This document shows positions 1 to 10,413 of a DNA stretch of 64,000 nt, one piece after another. This DNA comes from Gammaproteobacteria bacterium. Its GTDB lineage: Bacteria; Pseudomonadota; Gammaproteobacteria; Arenicellales; Poriferihabitantaceae. How positions within the stretch are numbered: the first letter of the stretch is position 1; every line of letters starts with the position of its first letter. The position numbers and the translations under genes are program-made. Under the pieces are notes generated by a model. That model was not told the origin of the DNA and made no database searches. It saw only the letters and a program-made list of their open reading frames with translations. The stretch lies in assembly GCA_009842505.1 (NCBI GenBank), contig VYFG01000129.1:1166-65165 (forward strand), given 5' to 3'.

Positions 1-1
1 C

Positions 2-124
2 ACCCTGCTGCTGCGCGGCGGAAAGAACCTCATCACCTGGATCGCAAATGTCCGCGTCCCCATGCCGGTCAGCACCCGATCCTTTCTCGAGCGGTGCGAG
101 CAATACCGTGATAGCGTCACCTGA
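2..124 (+). CDS. C-terminal fragment of an unidentified CDS cut by the window edge
   Basis: Frame 2 is open from position 2 to TGA at 122-124 (...GGKNLITWIANVRVPMPVSTRSFLERCEQYRDSVT*). It has no start in the window, so it is absent from the ORF track. Family not recognised. Confidence 0.3.
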   Translation, partial: TLLLRGGKNLITWIANVRVPMPVSTRSFLERCEQYRDSVT

Positions 125-193
125 TGCCCCCCGGGGTTTTACCTCCCGGCGCAAGCCGATACCATAGAAACCGGAATTTCCATCCCCCTCGTC

Positions 194-1327
194 ATGAACA
201 ACAACAAGGAGACCGCTCTCGGGCAAACCCCGCTGCATCCGATGCACCTTCAACTGGGGGCCAGGATGGTTCCCTTCGCCGGCTACGACATGCCGGTGAA
301 CTACCCGGGCGGTATCATGTCGGAACATCGTCATACCCGGGACAGTGCGGGCCTTTTCGATGTCTCGCACATGGGCCAGATCGAGGTGCGCGGGGAGCAT
401 GTCGCCGCCCGGCTGGAATCCGAACTGCCGGTGGACCTGGTCGGCCTGCCGATGGGCCGGCAGAGATATGCCCTGCTGCTCAATGATGACGGCGGCATCC
501 GCGACGACCTGATGGCGATCAACCGCGGGGACTCCTTCTGGCTTGTGGTGAACGCGGCGTGCAAGCACGCGGACCTGGACTACCTGGAACGGAAGCTCGG
601 CACCCGGCTGGATTTCACCCTGCGCGAGGACCTCGCCCTTCTGGCCCTGCAGGGGCCCGCCTCTCCCGGCGCCCTGGCCGCCGTGGGGGCCGACGCGGAC
701 GCGCTCGAGAGGATGCGGTTCATGCAGGTCGGTGACCTGCGGCTGGCCGGGGTGGATTGCATGGTGTCCCGCTCCGGCTACACCGGCGAGGACGGTTTCG
801 AGATTTCGCTGCCGGCGGACCGGGCCGCCTCCCTGGCCGGGGCGCTGCTCGAACAGGCCGCCGTCGCACCGGTCGGGCTGGGTGCCCGGGACTCGCTGCG
901 ACTGGAAGCGGGTCTTTGCCTGTATGGCCAGGACATCGGTCCCGAGACCAGTCCCGTCGAGGCCGGGCTCCGCTGGGCCATCTCCCCGGCCCGGCGTTCC
1001 GGCGGGGCGCGCCCGGGAGGATTTCCCGGCGCGGACCGGATTCTCGGTGAACTGGACCGGGGGGCGGAGCGCAGGCTTGTCGGCCTGCTGCCGGAGGGCC
1101 GTGCACCCATGCGGGCCGGTACGCCGCTGTTCGGTGATAACGGCGAGGCGCTCGGCGAAATCACCAGCGGCGGCTTCGGCCCGACGCTGGAACGACCCCT
1201 CAGCATGGGTTATGTTCCCCTACGCCATGCACGGCCGGGGACCATGCTGGCTGCGGAGGTGCGCAACAGACGAATGCCGGTATCCGTGACCGCGATGCCG
1301 TTCGTACCCCAGCGATACCGCCGTTGA
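194..1327 (+). CDS. gcvT: Glycine cleavage system T protein (aminomethyltransferase)
   Basis: 377-aa ORF. TPLHPMHLQLGARMVPFAGYDMPVNY N-terminus and SRSGYTGEDGFEIS motif are typical of GcvT. It is followed by gcvH and gcvP. Confidence 0.95.
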   Translation: MNNNKETALGQTPLHPMHLQLGARMVPFAGYDMPVNYPGGIMSEHRHTRDSAGLFDVSHMGQIEVRGEHVAARLESELPVDLVGLPMGRQRYALLLNDDGGIRDDLMAINRGDSFWLVVNAACKHADLDYLERKLGTRLDFTLREDLALLALQGPASPGALAAVGADADALERMRFMQVGDLRLAGVDCMVSRSGYTGEDGFEISLPADRAASLAGALLEQAAVAPVGLGARDSLRLEAGLCLYGQDIGPETSPVEAGLRWAISPARRSGGARPGGFPGADRILGELDRGAERRLVGLLPEGRAPMRAGTPLFGDNGEALGEITSGGFGPTLERPLSMGYVPLRHARPGTMLAAEVRNRRMPVSVTAMPFVPQRYRR

Positions 1328-1374
1328 CCCCCGGCCGTCATTGAACACGAAATCACACGCAATCGGAGCAGGTT

Positions 1375-1749
1375 ATGAGCATGAAATACACCAGTGATCA
1401 CGAATGGGCCCTGCTGGACGGAGACCTGGTGACAGTGGGCATCACCGACTACGCCCAGGAGCAGTTGGGGGAGGTGGTCTTCGTGGAACTCCCCGAAGTG
1501 GGACGCGACCTCGCCACCGGCGAGGAAGCGGCGGTCGTGGAATCCGTCAAGGCCGCGGGAGAGGTCAAGGCACCCGTCTCCGGCGAAGTGGTGGAGGTCA
1601 ATGAAGCCCTGGCGGATGCGCCGGAAGCTGTCAACGACGACCCCGTGGGCGGCGGCTGGTTCTACAAGATACTGCCGTCGGACCCCGAGGAGTTCGACCG
1701 CCTCATGGACGAGAGCGCCTACCAGGAGCTGCTCGCCTCCCTCGACTGA
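1375..1749 (+). CDS. gcvH: Glycine cleavage system H protein (lipoyl carrier)
   Basis: 124 aa. YTSDHEWA N-terminus and the lipoyl-lysine context VESVKAAGEV are present. It lies between gcvT and gcvP. Confidence 0.95.
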   Translation: MSMKYTSDHEWALLDGDLVTVGITDYAQEQLGEVVFVELPEVGRDLATGEEAAVVESVKAAGEVKAPVSGEVVEVNEALADAPEAVNDDPVGGGWFYKILPSDPEEFDRLMDESAYQELLASLD

Positions 1750-1784
1750 CCCCCTTCCCCGACCGCACCACCGGACCAGCCGAC

Positions 1785-4667
1785 ATGCCCAGAGCCGACG
1801 ATTTCACCCGGCGCCACATCGGCCCCAATCCCGAAGACATCGCCGCCATGCTCGGGACCCTGGGTCTCGAATCCATGGACGAACTGATCGAGCAGACCAT
1901 ACCAGCATCGATCCGCAGCGACACCCCCTTCGAACTGCCGGAATCGCTGGACGAAAACCGTCTAAACAAGCTCTCACGGCAGATCTCGTCGGAGAACACC
2001 TCCGCCATCTCCATGATCGGCATGGGCTACTACGGCACCGTCACGCCGCCGGTCATCCGGCGCAACGTGATGGAAAACCCGGACTGGTACACCGCCTACA
2101 CACCCTACCAGCCCGAGGTCAGCCAGGCCCGGCTCGAAGTGCTGATCACCTTCCAGCAGATGATCATGGATCTCACAGCCCTTGGACTTGCCAACGCCTC
2201 CATGCTGGACGAGGCGACCGCGGCGGCGGAGGCCATGATGATGGCCCGACGCGTCGGCAAGAATCCGAGCAACCGCTTCTTCGTCGACGAGGACTGCTTT
2301 CCCCAGACCATCGCCGTGGTACAGACCCGGGCCGAACCGATGGGCATCGAGGTCGTGGTGGGCGACCTGAACACCCTCTCCCATGGCGAGTATTTTGCCG
2401 GGCTGCTGCAGTACCCGGGCTGCTCCGGCCGAATCCGCGACTTCCATTGGGAGATCCGGCAACTGAAATCCACCGACGGCCTCGTGATCATGGCCGCGGA
2501 CCTGCTTGCGCTGACCCAGCTCAAGCCCCCGGGGGAGCTCGGCGCCGACATCGCCGTGGGCAGCACCCAGCGCTTCGGCGTACCGATGGGCTTCGGCGGA
2601 CCCCATGCAGCCTATTTTGCCACCCACGAAACCTACAAGCGTGCGGTCCCGGGCCGGCTGATCGGGGTCAGCGTGGACAGCAACGGCCGCCCGGCCTATC
2701 GCATGGCGCTCCAGACCCGGGAACAGCATATCCGCAGGGACAAGGCCAACAGCAACATCTGCACCTCCCAGGTGCTGCTCGCCATCATGGCAACCCTGTA
2801 CGCCCAGTACCACGGTCCGGAAGGCCTCGACCGCATCGCCAGGTCGGTCAACCGGCTCACCCGGGCACTGGCGACGGGACTTGGGGAAATCGGTTTCGGC
2901 ATCGTCCACGACCAGTACTTCGACACCATCATCGTACGGACGCCCGGACGGGCGGACTACTTTATCGACAAGGCGGAGCAGGCGCGCTACAACCTCCGGC
3001 GGGTGGACGGCGACCATGTGGGGATCAGCCTGGACGAAACCGTCAACCGGGCGAAAACCGAGGGACTGATCCACGTCTTTGCGGGCACCACCCCGGAGCA
3101 GGTCAGCGGGGTGATCTTCGATCGCGACCTGCCGCAGTCCATTCCGGAGGACCTGTGCCGCACCAGCGAATACCTGACGCACCCGAACTTCCACAAGTAC
3201 CGCAGCGAAACCGAGTTCATGCGTTACCTGCGCAAGACCGCGGCCAAGGATGTGACCCTCGCGCGCTCGATGATCCCGCTTGGTTCCTGCACCATGAAGC
3301 TCAATGCCGCCAGCGAGATGGAATCGATTTCCAACCCGCAGTACGCGCATATCCATCCGTTCGCACCGGAAAAGCATACCCGCGGCTATCAGCGCATCAT
3401 TCGCGAACTCGACGCCCTGCTGTGCGAGATCACCGGCTTCAGGGCCTTCTCCTTCCAGCCCAACGCGGGTTCCCAGGGCGAATATTCGGGATTGCTCTGC
3501 ATCCGCGCCCTGCACCGCGCCCATGGCGAGGAACACCGCGACGTCTGCCTCATCCCCTCATCCGCCCACGGCACCAATCCGGCCAGCGCGGTGATGGCCG
3601 GCATGAAGGTGGTGGTGGTGCAATGCGACCGTGACGGAAATATCGATATCGAGGATTTCCGCGTGAAGGCCACCGAGCATTCCGACAACCTCGCCGCCAC
3701 CATGGTGACCTACCCATCCACCCACGGCGTGTTCGAGGAATCCATCCGGGAAATCTGCAATATCGTCCACCAGCACGGCGGCGAGGTGTACATGGACGGC
3801 GCCAACATGAACGCCATGGTGGGCATCTGCCGCCCCGCCGAGATCGGCGCCGATGTTATGCATCTCAACCTGCACAAGACCTTTGCCATCCCCCACGGCG
3901 GCGGCGGACCCGGCATGGGCCCCATCGGGGTGCGTGAGCACCTCGTGCCGTTCCTGCCGGACCATCCCGTGGTCAGTTGCAACAACCACGGCTCCAGTCC
4001 CCTCGGGACGGTATCCGCGGCTCCCTGGGGCTCGCCCCTGATCCTGATCATTTCCTGGGCCTACATCAAGCTGCTCGGCACCTACGGCCTCAACCGCTCC
4101 ACCAGGGTGGCAATCCTCAATGCGAACTACATCGCCCACAAGCTTGACCCCCACTTCCCCGTGGTCTATCGCGGCAACCACGACCGGGTTGCCCACGAAT
4201 GCGTGGTGGATCTGGCCCCGCTCAAGGCCACCAGCGGCATCACCGTGGAGGACGTGGCCAAGCGGCTGGTGGATTACGGATTCCATGCCCCGACGATGTC
4301 CTGGCCGGTCCCGGATTCCCTCATGATCGAGCCCACGGAGAGCGAATCCCTGGAGGAGATCGACCGTTTCTGCGAAGCCATGATCCGGATTCGCGGGGAA
4401 ATCCGGGAAATAGAGGATGGCACGGCGGACCGTGAAAACAACCTGCTGAAGAACGCACCCCACAGCTACCACCTGCTGGTGGAAGACGAGTGGGACCTGC
4501 CCTACAGCCGCCAGCGGGCATTCTTCCCCACCAGGGAGATGCGGGAAAACAAGTACTGGCCGCCGGTGGGCCGGGTGGACAATGTCCACGGCGACCGCCA
4601 CCTGGTCTGCACCTGTCCGCCGCTGTCCGCCTACGAAGAGACGGAATCCGGCGAAGGGGACCGCTGA
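1785..4667 (+). CDS. gcvP: Glycine dehydrogenase (decarboxylating), single-chain P protein
   Basis: 960 aa. PLP-lysine context [16 protein letters not shown] is present and the length is typical of single-subunit GcvP. Confidence 0.95.
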   Translation: MPRADDFTRRHIGPNPEDIAAMLGTLGLESMDELIEQTIPASIRSDTPFELPESLDENRLNKLSRQISSENTSAISMIGMGYYGTVTPPVIRRNVMENPDWYTAYTPYQPEVSQARLEVLITFQQMIMDLTALGLANASMLDEATAAAEAMMMARRVGKNPSNRFFVDEDCFPQTIAVVQTRAEPMGIEVVVGDLNTLSHGEYFAGLLQYPGCSGRIRDFHWEIRQLKSTDGLVIMAADLLALTQLKPPGELGADIAVGSTQRFGVPMGFGGPHAAYFATHETYKRAVPGRLIGVSVDSNGRPAYRMALQTREQHIRRDKANSNICTSQVLLAIMATLYAQYHGPEGLDRIARSVNRLTRALATGLGEIGFGIVHDQYFDTIIVRTPGRADYFIDKAEQARYNLRRVDGDHVGISLDETVNRAKTEGLIHVFAGTTPEQVSGVIFDRDLPQSIPEDLCRTSEYLTHPNFHKYRSETEFMRYLRKTAAKDVTLARSMIPLGSCTMKLNAASEMESISNPQYAHIHPFAPEKHTRGYQRIIRELDALLCEITGFRAFSFQPNAGSQGEYSGLLCIRALHRAHGEEHRDVCLIPSSAHGTNPASAVMAGMKVVVVQCDRDGNIDIEDFRVKATEHSDNLAATMVTYPSTHGVFEESIREICNIVHQHGGEVYMDGANMNAMVGICRPAEIGADVMHLNLHKTFAIPHGGGGPGMGPIGVREHLVPFLPDHPVVSCNNHGSSPLGTVSAAPWGSPLILIISWAYIKLLGTYGLNRSTRVAILNANYIAHKLDPHFPVVYRGNHDRVAHECVVDLAPLKATSGITVEDVAKRLVDYGFHAPTMSWPVPDSLMIEPTESESLEEIDRFCEAMIRIRGEIREIEDGTADRENNLLKNAPHSYHLLVEDEWDLPYSRQRAFFPTREMRENKYWPPVGRVDNVHGDRHLVCTCPPLSAYEETESGEGDR

Positions 4668-5677
4668 TGGACGAACGCGACGCACCCGCGGAACACCCCG
4701 GAACCGGAGCGAAGGGCGGGACCACGGCGCGGCCAAGGCCGGTGGTCCAGGGGCAGAAGCTCCGCGGAGCCGACAAGACCGCACGCATCCCGGTCAAGGT
4801 GGAGGTCAGGCCGCGCTCGGAACGGCTGCGTAAGCCGAAATGGATCCGGGCGAGCTTCCCGGGCACACCGGCGGTTGCCGACCTGAAAAGGATCCTGCGG
4901 TCACAGGGACTGCATACCGTGTGCGAGGAGGCCGCCTGTCCCAACCTCGGTGAATGTTTCGGCGGGGGGACGGCCACCTTCATGATCATGGGGGACATCT
5001 GCACCCGCCGCTGCCCGTTCTGCGACGTGGGCCACGGCAGGCCGAATCCGCTCAATCCCGAGGAGCCGGAACGTCTCGCGGAAACCATCGCCCTGATGGG
5101 GCTCAGATACGTCGTGATCACCTCGGTGGACCGCGATGACCTGCGGGACGGCGGCGCCGGACATTTCCGGGCCTGCATCGCCGCGGTACGGCGTCACTGC
5201 CCGCAGACCCGGGTGGAGATCCTGACGCCGGATTTCCGCGGCCGCATGGACGTGGCGCTGGACATTCTTGCCGAGGCGCCGCCGGACGTGTTCAACCACA
5301 ACCTCGAAACCGTGCCGCGGCTGTACCGCAAGGTGCGCCCCGGTTCCGATTACCAGTACTCCCTGGACCTGCTCAGGCGGGCGGGGACGATCGTTCCGGG
5401 CCTGCCCACGAAGTCCGGGCTCATGCTGGGGCTCGGCGAAACCAAGCAGGAGGTCCTTGACGTGATGCGGGACATGCGTGCCCACGACGTCGACATGCTG
5501 ACCGTGGGCCAGTATCTCCAGCCCAGCGCATACCATCTCAACGTGGAGCGCTACTGGACCCCAGAGGAGTTCGATGAGCTGCGCGAGCGGGGCGAGGAAA
5601 TGGGCTTCGCCAACGTGGCTTCCGGGCCCATGGTCCGCTCCTCCTATCACGCGGACCGGCAGGCCGGCCAGGACTGA
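4667..5677 (+). CDS. lipA: Lipoyl synthase (radical SAM)
   Basis: [12 protein letters not shown] and CTRRCPFC cluster motifs are present. [11 protein letters not shown]...LRKPKWIR aligns to the E. coli LipA N-terminus. I chose the ATG at 4667 (MDERDAP...), which overlaps the gcvP stop as TGATG. The track ORF start at 4490 lies inside gcvP. Confidence 0.9.
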   Translation: MDERDAPAEHPGTGAKGGTTARPRPVVQGQKLRGADKTARIPVKVEVRPRSERLRKPKWIRASFPGTPAVADLKRILRSQGLHTVCEEAACPNLGECFGGGTATFMIMGDICTRRCPFCDVGHGRPNPLNPEEPERLAETIALMGLRYVVITSVDRDDLRDGGAGHFRACIAAVRRHCPQTRVEILTPDFRGRMDVALDILAEAPPDVFNHNLETVPRLYRKVRPGSDYQYSLDLLRRAGTIVPGLPTKSGLMLGLGETKQEVLDVMRDMRAHDVDMLTVGQYLQPSAYHLNVERYWTPEEFDELRERGEEMGFANVASGPMVRSSYHADRQAGQD

Positions 5678-5948
5678 TGTCCGCATCGGTGTCCTGCGGG
5701 GAGGAACCGACGGTTTCCCGGATGAACGGAAAACGGCAGGGCCCGGCGCACCCGGGAAACGGCATTTTTTGTCGCGGACAGTACGGTCAGACCGGCAACT
5801 TTTAGCGGGGGACGAGTTTTGCGGGCAACCGAAATCGGGATATACTCTGTTCCGCTAAATTCTGGTCGGTGGTCATAGATATACCCATTTCTGATTGATC
5901 AACCGCATTTTCCAATAATCAATGCCTATCATATGTGAGGTGACTTAA

Positions 5949-6968
5949 ATGAAATTAACGAAAACTACAGCACTCGCAGCTGCGATTTCCCTAACCGCGC
6001 TGACTGCCCAGGCCGGCACGCTTGACGATGTCCAGGCCAGAGGCGAACTGAACTGCGTGGTAACCACCGGCCTCGCCGGATTCGCCGCGCCGGATGAAAA
6101 CGGCCGCTGGGAAGGATTCGACGTGGACTTCTGCCGCGCAGTGGCGGCCGCGGTTCTGGGCGATCCCGAGAAGGTCAAGTTCGTTCCCACCACCGGCAAG
6201 ACCCGTTTCACGATCCTGAACTCGGGTGAAGGCGATATCCTGTTCCGCAACACCACCGAGACGATGAGCCGGGATGCGGACCTGAAACTGACCTTCCTCC
6301 CGGTGAACTACTATGACGGCCAGGGCTTCCTGATCCGCAAGGATCTGGGAATCGATTCCGCGAAGGACCTGGACGGCGCATCCGTGTGCATCCAGACCGG
6401 CACCACCACGGAGCTGAACCTGGCGGACTTTTTCCGTGTCAACAACATCTCCTACGAGCCGGTCACCATCGAGACCAACGAGGAAGGCATCGCCAACTAC
6501 ACCGCCAACCGCTGTGACGTCTACACCACGGACGCTTCCGGTCTGGCATCCACCCGGGCCGCCCTGGAGGATCCCTCCGCGCACAAGATCCTGCCGGAGA
6601 TCATTTCCAAGGAGCCGCTCGCCGGTGCCGTGCGCCAGGGCGACGACCAGTGGGCCGACATCGGCAAGTGGGTCGTCAATGCCATCATCTCCGCGGAGGA
6701 ACTGGGTGTGACCCAGGCGAACGTGGCTGAACTGGCTGCCGCTGCGACCAACAATCCGAGCATCAACCGCATGCTGGGCACCGAGGGCAACATGGGTGAG
6801 ATGGTCGGCCTCGACGCCCAATGGGCGGTACGTGCCATCACCGCCATCGGCAACTACGGCGAGACATTCGACCGCCACATCGGCCCGGACACCCCGATCG
6901 CTCTTGAGCGCGGCCTGAACGCGCAATGGAATAACGGCGGTATCCTGTACGCCGCACCGATCCGCTGA
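5949..6968 (+). CDS. aapJ: Periplasmic amino-acid binding protein of a general L-amino-acid ABC transporter (AapJ/BztA type)
   Basis: 339 aa with signal peptide MKLTKTTALAAAISLTALTAQA. It resembles family-3 SBPs and is followed by two permease genes and an ATPase gene. Confidence 0.85.
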   Translation: MKLTKTTALAAAISLTALTAQAGTLDDVQARGELNCVVTTGLAGFAAPDENGRWEGFDVDFCRAVAAAVLGDPEKVKFVPTTGKTRFTILNSGEGDILFRNTTETMSRDADLKLTFLPVNYYDGQGFLIRKDLGIDSAKDLDGASVCIQTGTTTELNLADFFRVNNISYEPVTIETNEEGIANYTANRCDVYTTDASGLASTRAALEDPSAHKILPEIISKEPLAGAVRQGDDQWADIGKWVVNAIISAEELGVTQANVAELAAAATNNPSINRMLGTEGNMGEMVGLDAQWAVRAITAIGNYGETFDRHIGPDTPIALERGLNAQWNNGGILYAAPIR

Positions 6969-6981
6969 TCGGACCCAGGTA

Positions 6982-7011
6982 CATGCCGGGGCGCTTCGGC
7001 GCCCCGGCATG
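6982..7011 (+). terminator. Perfect 13-bp stem / TTCG tetraloop hairpin 14 nt after the aapJ stop (putative intra-operon attenuator or mRNA-stabilising hairpin)
   Basis: CATGCCGGGGCGC-TTCG-GCGCCCCGGCATG read directly. There is no following T-tract, so it is not a classic intrinsic terminator. Confidence 0.45.
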
Positions 7012-7020
7012 CCTGCCAAT

Positions 7021-7056
7021 TTACCGGTGGCTGAGTCATTACAGCGCCACCGGTAA
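7021..7056. repeat. Second inverted repeat in the aapJ-aapQ spacer (11-bp stem, 14-nt loop)
   Basis: TTACCGGTGGC (7021-7031) pairs with GCCACCGGTAA (7046-7056). Confidence 0.5.
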
Positions 7057-7072
7057 TTTCAACGGCCGGGAT

Positions 7073-7086
7073 CGCGGAATTCCGCG
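7073..7086. repeat. Perfect 14-bp palindrome CGCGGAATTCCGCG
   Basis: Read directly. It is the third palindromic element in the same 249-bp spacer. Confidence 0.5.
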
Positions 7087-7217
7087 GCAGGAGTCAGTCG
7101 GCCCCGAATCAGGGAAGCAAGATCCGGCATCGGGACGCGCCCGGTCCGGACCCGGACAGGATAAAAATACCGGAACAACACAGATAAGAGGTGCAACCGA
7201 CACCGTGGTGAACGCCG

Positions 7218-8414
7218 ATGAGTGAATCAGCCATCCCCCAGCAGCCACAGCGCAATCCGCTGTCCCGGCTGTGGAATGACAAGGAGGCCCGCAGCGTCAT
7301 CATCCAGATCTTTGCCTTCTCGTGCATCTTCGCATTCTTCTTCTTCATGGTCAGGAATGCGATGTACAACCTGGAGGCCATCGGCAAGGACATCAGCCTG
7401 GACTTCCTCTGGCAGCCCTCGAGCTACGACATCAGCCAGTCCCTGATCGAATACAACTCCCGCAGCACCCACTTCAGGGCCATGATCGTGGGTATCCTGA
7501 ACACGCTCCTGGTCGCTGTTTCCGGCATCATCCTGGCCACCGTCATCGGCTTTCTGCTGGGCGTGTTCCGGCTGTCGAAGAACTTCCTCATCAACAAGCT
7601 TGCGTACGTCTACATCGAGTACGTGCGCAATGTGCCGGTGCTTCTGCATATCCTGCTGGTGCACGGACTGATCGTGCATACGCTGCCGCTGCCGAAAAAC
7701 GCGGTGAACGTGGCCGATGCCGGGTTTCTCACCAACCGCGGCTTCTTCATGCCGAAACCGTCCATGGAGCCCATGTTCTGGCTGGTGATCGTCCTGTTCG
7801 TCCTCGGCATCGTCTTCACCCTGTGGTTCCGCAGGTACGCCAAGCGTGTCCAGGACGCAACCGGCCGACACTACCCGGTCTTCTGGATCTGTACCGCCGC
7901 CATCGTGGGAATTCCCGCTCTCGCCTTCCTGGTCACCGGCATGCCCCTGGCCTGGGAGATCCCCGAACTCAAGGGCTTCAACTTCAGGGGAGGCATGGTA
8001 ATCCGGCCGGAGTTCATCGCCCTGTGGCTGGCGCTGTCACTCTACACGGCGGCGTTCATCGGCGAGATCGTCCGCGCCGGCATCACGGCGGTGAACTGGG
8101 GGCAGACAGAGGCGGCCTTTGCCCTCGGCATCAGTCGCAACCGCACCCTGAACCTGGTGGTGATACCCCAGGCCCTGCGGATCATCGTTCCGCCGCTCAC
8201 CAGCCAGTATCTCAATCTCACCAAGAACTCCTCCCTGGCCATCGCCATCGGCTACATGGATATCGTCGCCACCATCGGCGGGATCTCCCTGAACCAGACC
8301 GGGCGGGAGATGGAGTGCATGACCATTGTGCTGATGCTGTACCTGACTTTTTCCCTGCTGATCTCGGCGTTCATGAACTGGTACAACCAGCGCATCAAGC
8401 TGGTGGAGCGGTAA
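7218..8414 (+). CDS. aapQ: Amino-acid ABC transporter permease (AapQ/BztB type)
   Basis: 398 aa, multi-TM. EAA-loop region WGQTEAAFALGISRNRTLNLVVIPQALRIIVPPLTSQ is present. Confidence 0.9.
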   Translation: MSESAIPQQPQRNPLSRLWNDKEARSVIIQIFAFSCIFAFFFFMVRNAMYNLEAIGKDISLDFLWQPSSYDISQSLIEYNSRSTHFRAMIVGILNTLLVAVSGIILATVIGFLLGVFRLSKNFLINKLAYVYIEYVRNVPVLLHILLVHGLIVHTLPLPKNAVNVADAGFLTNRGFFMPKPSMEPMFWLVIVLFVLGIVFTLWFRRYAKRVQDATGRHYPVFWICTAAIVGIPALAFLVTGMPLAWEIPELKGFNFRGGMVIRPEFIALWLALSLYTAAFIGEIVRAGITAVNWGQTEAAFALGISRNRTLNLVVIPQALRIIVPPLTSQYLNLTKNSSLAIAIGYMDIVATIGGISLNQTGREMECMTIVLMLYLTFSLLISAFMNWYNQRIKLVER

Positions 8415-8423
8415 GAGGCGGAC

Positions 8424-9551
8424 ATGAACGGAAATATCGAGAACTACAAACCCGGGGAACACCCGGACCTGCCGCCACCGAAGAACCTGGTGGGGCCCGT
8501 GGCATGGATCCGGGACAACCTGCTGTCCTCGCCGACCAACGTCATACTGACCATTCTGTCCGTCTGGCTCCTTATCGAGGTGATTCCCCCGGTGGTGGAG
8601 TGGGCGTTCCTGGACGCCATCTACACGGGCGAGGACCGCAACGAATGCCGGGCCAGGGGCGACGGCGCCTGCTGGGCCTTCATCAGCGAACGCTTCTTGC
8701 TGTTCACCTACGGGTTCTATCCGGAGCCGGAACGCTGGCGGGTCAACCTGTCCTTCATTCTGCTCATCATCGCGGTGATACCGGTACTGTACGACCGGGT
8801 GCCGCTGCGCAAGCCCGGCCTGTACTTCACCGCGCTGTTTCCGTTCATCGCCGCCTACCTGCTGGTCGGCGGCGATTTCCTGGGCTGGAACCTGCCGCAT
8901 GTCCCGACGGAGAAGTTCGGCGGCTTCATGCTGACCCTGGTGGTGGGGATTACCGGGATCGCGTTCTCCCTGCCCCTCGGCATCCTGCTGGCCCTGGGCC
9001 GCCAGTCCAGGCTGACGATCATCCGGGTGTTCTGCGTCTCGTTCATCGAGTTCATCCGCGGCGTGCCGCTCATCACCCTGCTCTTCGTGGCCTCCACCAT
9101 GCTGAGCTACTTCCTGCCCCCGGGCACCAATTTCGACCTGCTCCTCAGGGTCCTGATCATGGTGACCCTGTTTGCCTCCGGCTACATGGCGGAGGTCATC
9201 CGGGGCGGGCTCCAGGCCATTCCCAAGGGCCAGACGGAGGCGGCCGACTCCATGGGGCTCAAGTACTGGCAGTCCATGCGGCTGATCGTGCTGCCCCAGG
9301 CCCTCAAGATCTCCATTCCCGGGATCGTGAACACGTTCATCGGCCTGTATAAGGACACCACGCTGGTGATCGTCATCGGCCTGCTGGACCCCCTCGGGAT
9401 CGGGCGGGCCTCGCTTTCCGACACGAAATGGACCGGCCTTTCCAACGAGGTCTATCTGTTCGTCGCCATCTTCTTCTTCATATCCTGCTTCGCCATGTCC
9501 CGGTATTCCCTGTACCTGGAACGGAAGCTGGAAACCGGGCACAAGCGCTAA
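8424..9551 (+). CDS. aapM: Amino-acid ABC transporter permease (AapM/BztC type)
   Basis: 375 aa, multi-TM. EAA-loop region KGQTEAADSMGLKYWQSMRLIVLPQALKISIPGIVN is present. Confidence 0.9.
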   Translation: MNGNIENYKPGEHPDLPPPKNLVGPVAWIRDNLLSSPTNVILTILSVWLLIEVIPPVVEWAFLDAIYTGEDRNECRARGDGACWAFISERFLLFTYGFYPEPERWRVNLSFILLIIAVIPVLYDRVPLRKPGLYFTALFPFIAAYLLVGGDFLGWNLPHVPTEKFGGFMLTLVVGITGIAFSLPLGILLALGRQSRLTIIRVFCVSFIEFIRGVPLITLLFVASTMLSYFLPPGTNFDLLLRVLIMVTLFASGYMAEVIRGGLQAIPKGQTEAADSMGLKYWQSMRLIVLPQALKISIPGIVNTFIGLYKDTTLVIVIGLLDPLGIGRASLSDTKWTGLSNEVYLFVAIFFFISCFAMSRYSLYLERKLETGHKR

Positions 9552-9563
9552 GGGGGAAACCGC

Positions 9564-10337
9564 ATGAATACCGAAACCCAGATCAGCAGCAAGGCATCAC
9601 CCGAAATGGCCATAGAGATCACCAACATGCACAAGTGGTATGGCCAGTTCCATGTGCTGAAGAACATCAACCTGAAGGTGGCCCAGGGCGAACGCATCGT
9701 CATCTGCGGCCCGTCCGGTTCCGGGAAATCCACCGTGATCCGCTGCATCAACCGGCTGGAGGAGCACCAGGAAGGAAGCATCGTGGTGGACGGCGTGGAG
9801 CTGACCAACGACCTCAAGAACATCGAGACCATCCGCAGCGAGGTCGGGATGGTGTTCCAGCACTTCAACCTGTTCCCTCACCTGACGGTGGTGGAGAACT
9901 GCGTGCTCGCGCCGATCTGGGTGCGCAAGATGCCGCGCAAGGAGGCCGAGGAAATTGCCATGAAATTCCTCGACCGGGTCAAGATTCCGGAGCAGGCGCA
10001 CAAGTTTCCCGGTCAGCTCTCCGGCGGTCAGCAGCAGCGCGTCGCCATCGCCCGCAGCCTTTGCATGAGTCCCCGCATCATGCTGTTCGACGAGCCGACC
10101 TCGGCACTGGACCCGGAAATGATCAAGGAGGTGCTGGAAGTCATGATCGAACTCGCCCGCGAAGGCATGACCATGCTCTGCGTCACCCACGAGATGGGGT
10201 TCGCCAAGACCGTGGCGGACCGCGTGATCTTCATGGACGAAGGCGAGATCATCGAGGAGAACAACCCCGCCGACTTCTTCGACAATCCGAAGCACGACCG
10301 TACCAAGCTGTTCCTCAGCCAGATCCTGGATCACTGA
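9564..10337 (+). CDS. aapP: Amino-acid ABC transporter ATP-binding protein
   Basis: Walker [10 protein letters not shown], signature [13 protein letters not shown] and Walker [13 protein letters not shown] are present. Confidence 0.95.
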   Translation: MNTETQISSKASPEMAIEITNMHKWYGQFHVLKNINLKVAQGERIVICGPSGSGKSTVIRCINRLEEHQEGSIVVDGVELTNDLKNIETIRSEVGMVFQHFNLFPHLTVVENCVLAPIWVRKMPRKEAEEIAMKFLDRVKIPEQAHKFPGQLSGGQQQRVAIARSLCMSPRIMLFDEPTSALDPEMIKEVLEVMIELAREGMTMLCVTHEMGFAKTVADRVIFMDEGEIIEENNPADFFDNPKHDRTKLFLSQILDH

Positions 10338-10413
10338 ACACCCGCAAGGCCGGCATGGAATGGGCCGGCCCGGGGTCCGTACATCCCCCTTCCGTGGCCC
10401 GTGCGTGCGGGAA

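Noticed and set aside
124-193. Possible glycine riboswitch in front of gcvT
   Set aside because: Only about 70 nt separate the upstream stop from the gcvT ATG. I could not find the conserved glycine-aptamer core sequences. The region is too short for even a single aptamer plus expression platform.
1601-3634. 677-aa plus-strand and 520-aa minus-strand (1974-3536) ORFs inside gcvP, and similarly 7322-9352 across aapQ/aapM
   Set aside because: These are alternate-frame or antisense ORFs within confidently identified genes. Their Arg/Pro/Gly-rich composition is characteristic of off-frame translation of GC-rich coding DNA.
4490-4666. Upstream start positions offered by the ORF track for lipA (4490), and likewise GNAT (10952), perM-like (13762), glnK (43138), smpB (49871), amt2 (51002) and the decarboxylase (53204)
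   Set aside because: In each case the extension overlaps the preceding gene or lacks homology. An internal ATG/GTG gives the family-typical N-terminus (signal peptide, conserved first motif or RBS).
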